A stretch of 35,203 nucleotides of DNA. Origin: Candidatus Omnitrophota bacterium (lineage in GTDB: Bacteria; Omnitrophota; Gorgyraeia; Tantalellales; Tantalellaceae). Every line of letters starts with the position of its first letter. Position 1 is the stretch's first letter. Below are positions 34,938-35,203 of this stretch, one piece after another. Where the stretch lies: NCBI GenBank assembly GCA_046759285.1, contig JBHIBX010000001.1, positions 1 through 35,203 on the forward strand. Direction: 5' to 3'. Made by a program: the position numbers and the translations under genes. Below the pieces are notes generated by a model. The model was not told the DNA's origin, made no database searches, and saw only the letters and a program-made list of their open reading frames with translations.

Positions 34938-35203
34938 TGAAAAAAGTATTACCGCCAGAAGTTCAGAAAGAAATAGAAGAAGCCATAAGAAAATGTTACG
35001 CGTGTAGGAAATGCACTTCCGGCTGTCCGGTGGCGCCGGAGATGGATTTTCCGCCGAGCGTCCTTGTGAGATGGCTTGCTGTCGGCGATATCGAGAAGAT
35101 CATTAAATCCAGGACGATCTGGGTCTGCTCGTCGTGCCAGAATTGCTACAGCCGCTGCCCGTTTGAAATAAATATTCCTCATATTATAGATCTGATGAAG
35201 GAA
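34934..35203 (+). CDS. hdrC: second HdrC-like 4Fe-4S protein, 3-prime truncated by the window edge; not in the ORF track
   Basis: Manual translation gives MMKKVLPPEVQKEIEEAIRKCYACRKCTSGCPVAPEMDFPPSVLVRWLAVGDIEKIIKSRTIWVCSSCQNCYSRCPFEINIPHIIDLMKE. The architecture matches the 29310 gene. The ATG overlaps the hdrA stop. Confidence 0.75.
   Translation, partial: MMKKVLPPEVQKEIEEAIRKCYACRKCTSGCPVAPEMDFPPSVLVRWLAVGDIEKIIKSRTIWVCSSCQNCYSRCPFEINIPHIIDLMKE

Noticed and set aside
34949-35182. 77-aa minus-strand ORF at the right edge of the window.
   Set aside because: The + strand frame starting at 34934 gives a clear HdrC-like protein with two CxxCxxCxxxCP motifs and overlaps the hdrA stop. The minus-strand ORF is its shadow.
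1-35203. CRISPR arrays, tRNA/rRNA genes, transposases, integrases, or long direct or inverted repeats.
   Set aside because: None was recognised on visual inspection. The non-coding gaps longer than 70 nt (5802-5909, 10860-11105, 14701-14860, 29888-29962) contain only the promoter and terminator elements reported above. A computational repeat or tRNA scan was not possible here.

Overview
This is a 35.2-kb window with about 38 protein genes, all on the + strand and tightly packed, with many overlapping stop/start codons. I found no rRNA, tRNA, CRISPR array or mobile element by eye. The content is an anaerobic redox and energy-metabolism island from a diderm bacterium; taxonomy cannot be assigned from the sequence alone.

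Gene order:
1. Two outer-membrane beta-barrel proteins; the first is cut by the window edge.
2. A Tat-exported molybdoenzyme in B-C-A order (4Fe-4S subunit, NrfD-type membrane subunit, 912-aa Mo-bisPGD catalytic subunit). It is followed by a terminator, a TorD-family chaperone, tatA and tatC, then Moco genes (mobA, moaA, moaC, MOSC, moaB) and a lone half-size CHR transporter.
3. A near-consensus promoter followed by two tandem intrinsic terminators.
4. asrA-asrB-FNT channel-asrC (anaerobic sulfite reductase with an embedded hydrosulfide-channel-like gene).
5. A TCA-type block: an HMGL-family (Re-citrate-synthase-like) enzyme with a C-terminal Cache-like domain, korD, mdh, korA, korB, korG, sucC, sucD and a NifV-like synthase.
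6. An SdhA/FrdA flavoprotein translationally coupled to an unusual single ORF that fuses a complete SdhB/FrdB iron-sulfur subunit to a cytoplasmic Nas/NarB-type molybdopterin nitrate-reductase module, then narK.
7. An hdr locus (hdrC ... hdrB-hdrA-hdrC').

The hdr locus is split by a four-gene cassette that I consider the best candidate for an undescribed system. It comprises an unlisted 48-aa PqqA-like precursor peptide, a PqqD-family protein, a radical SAM enzyme with a degenerate SPASM tail, and a MenA/UbiA-family membrane prenyltransferase.

All functional calls rest on motif recognition by eye and recalled family knowledge. No database search was run.
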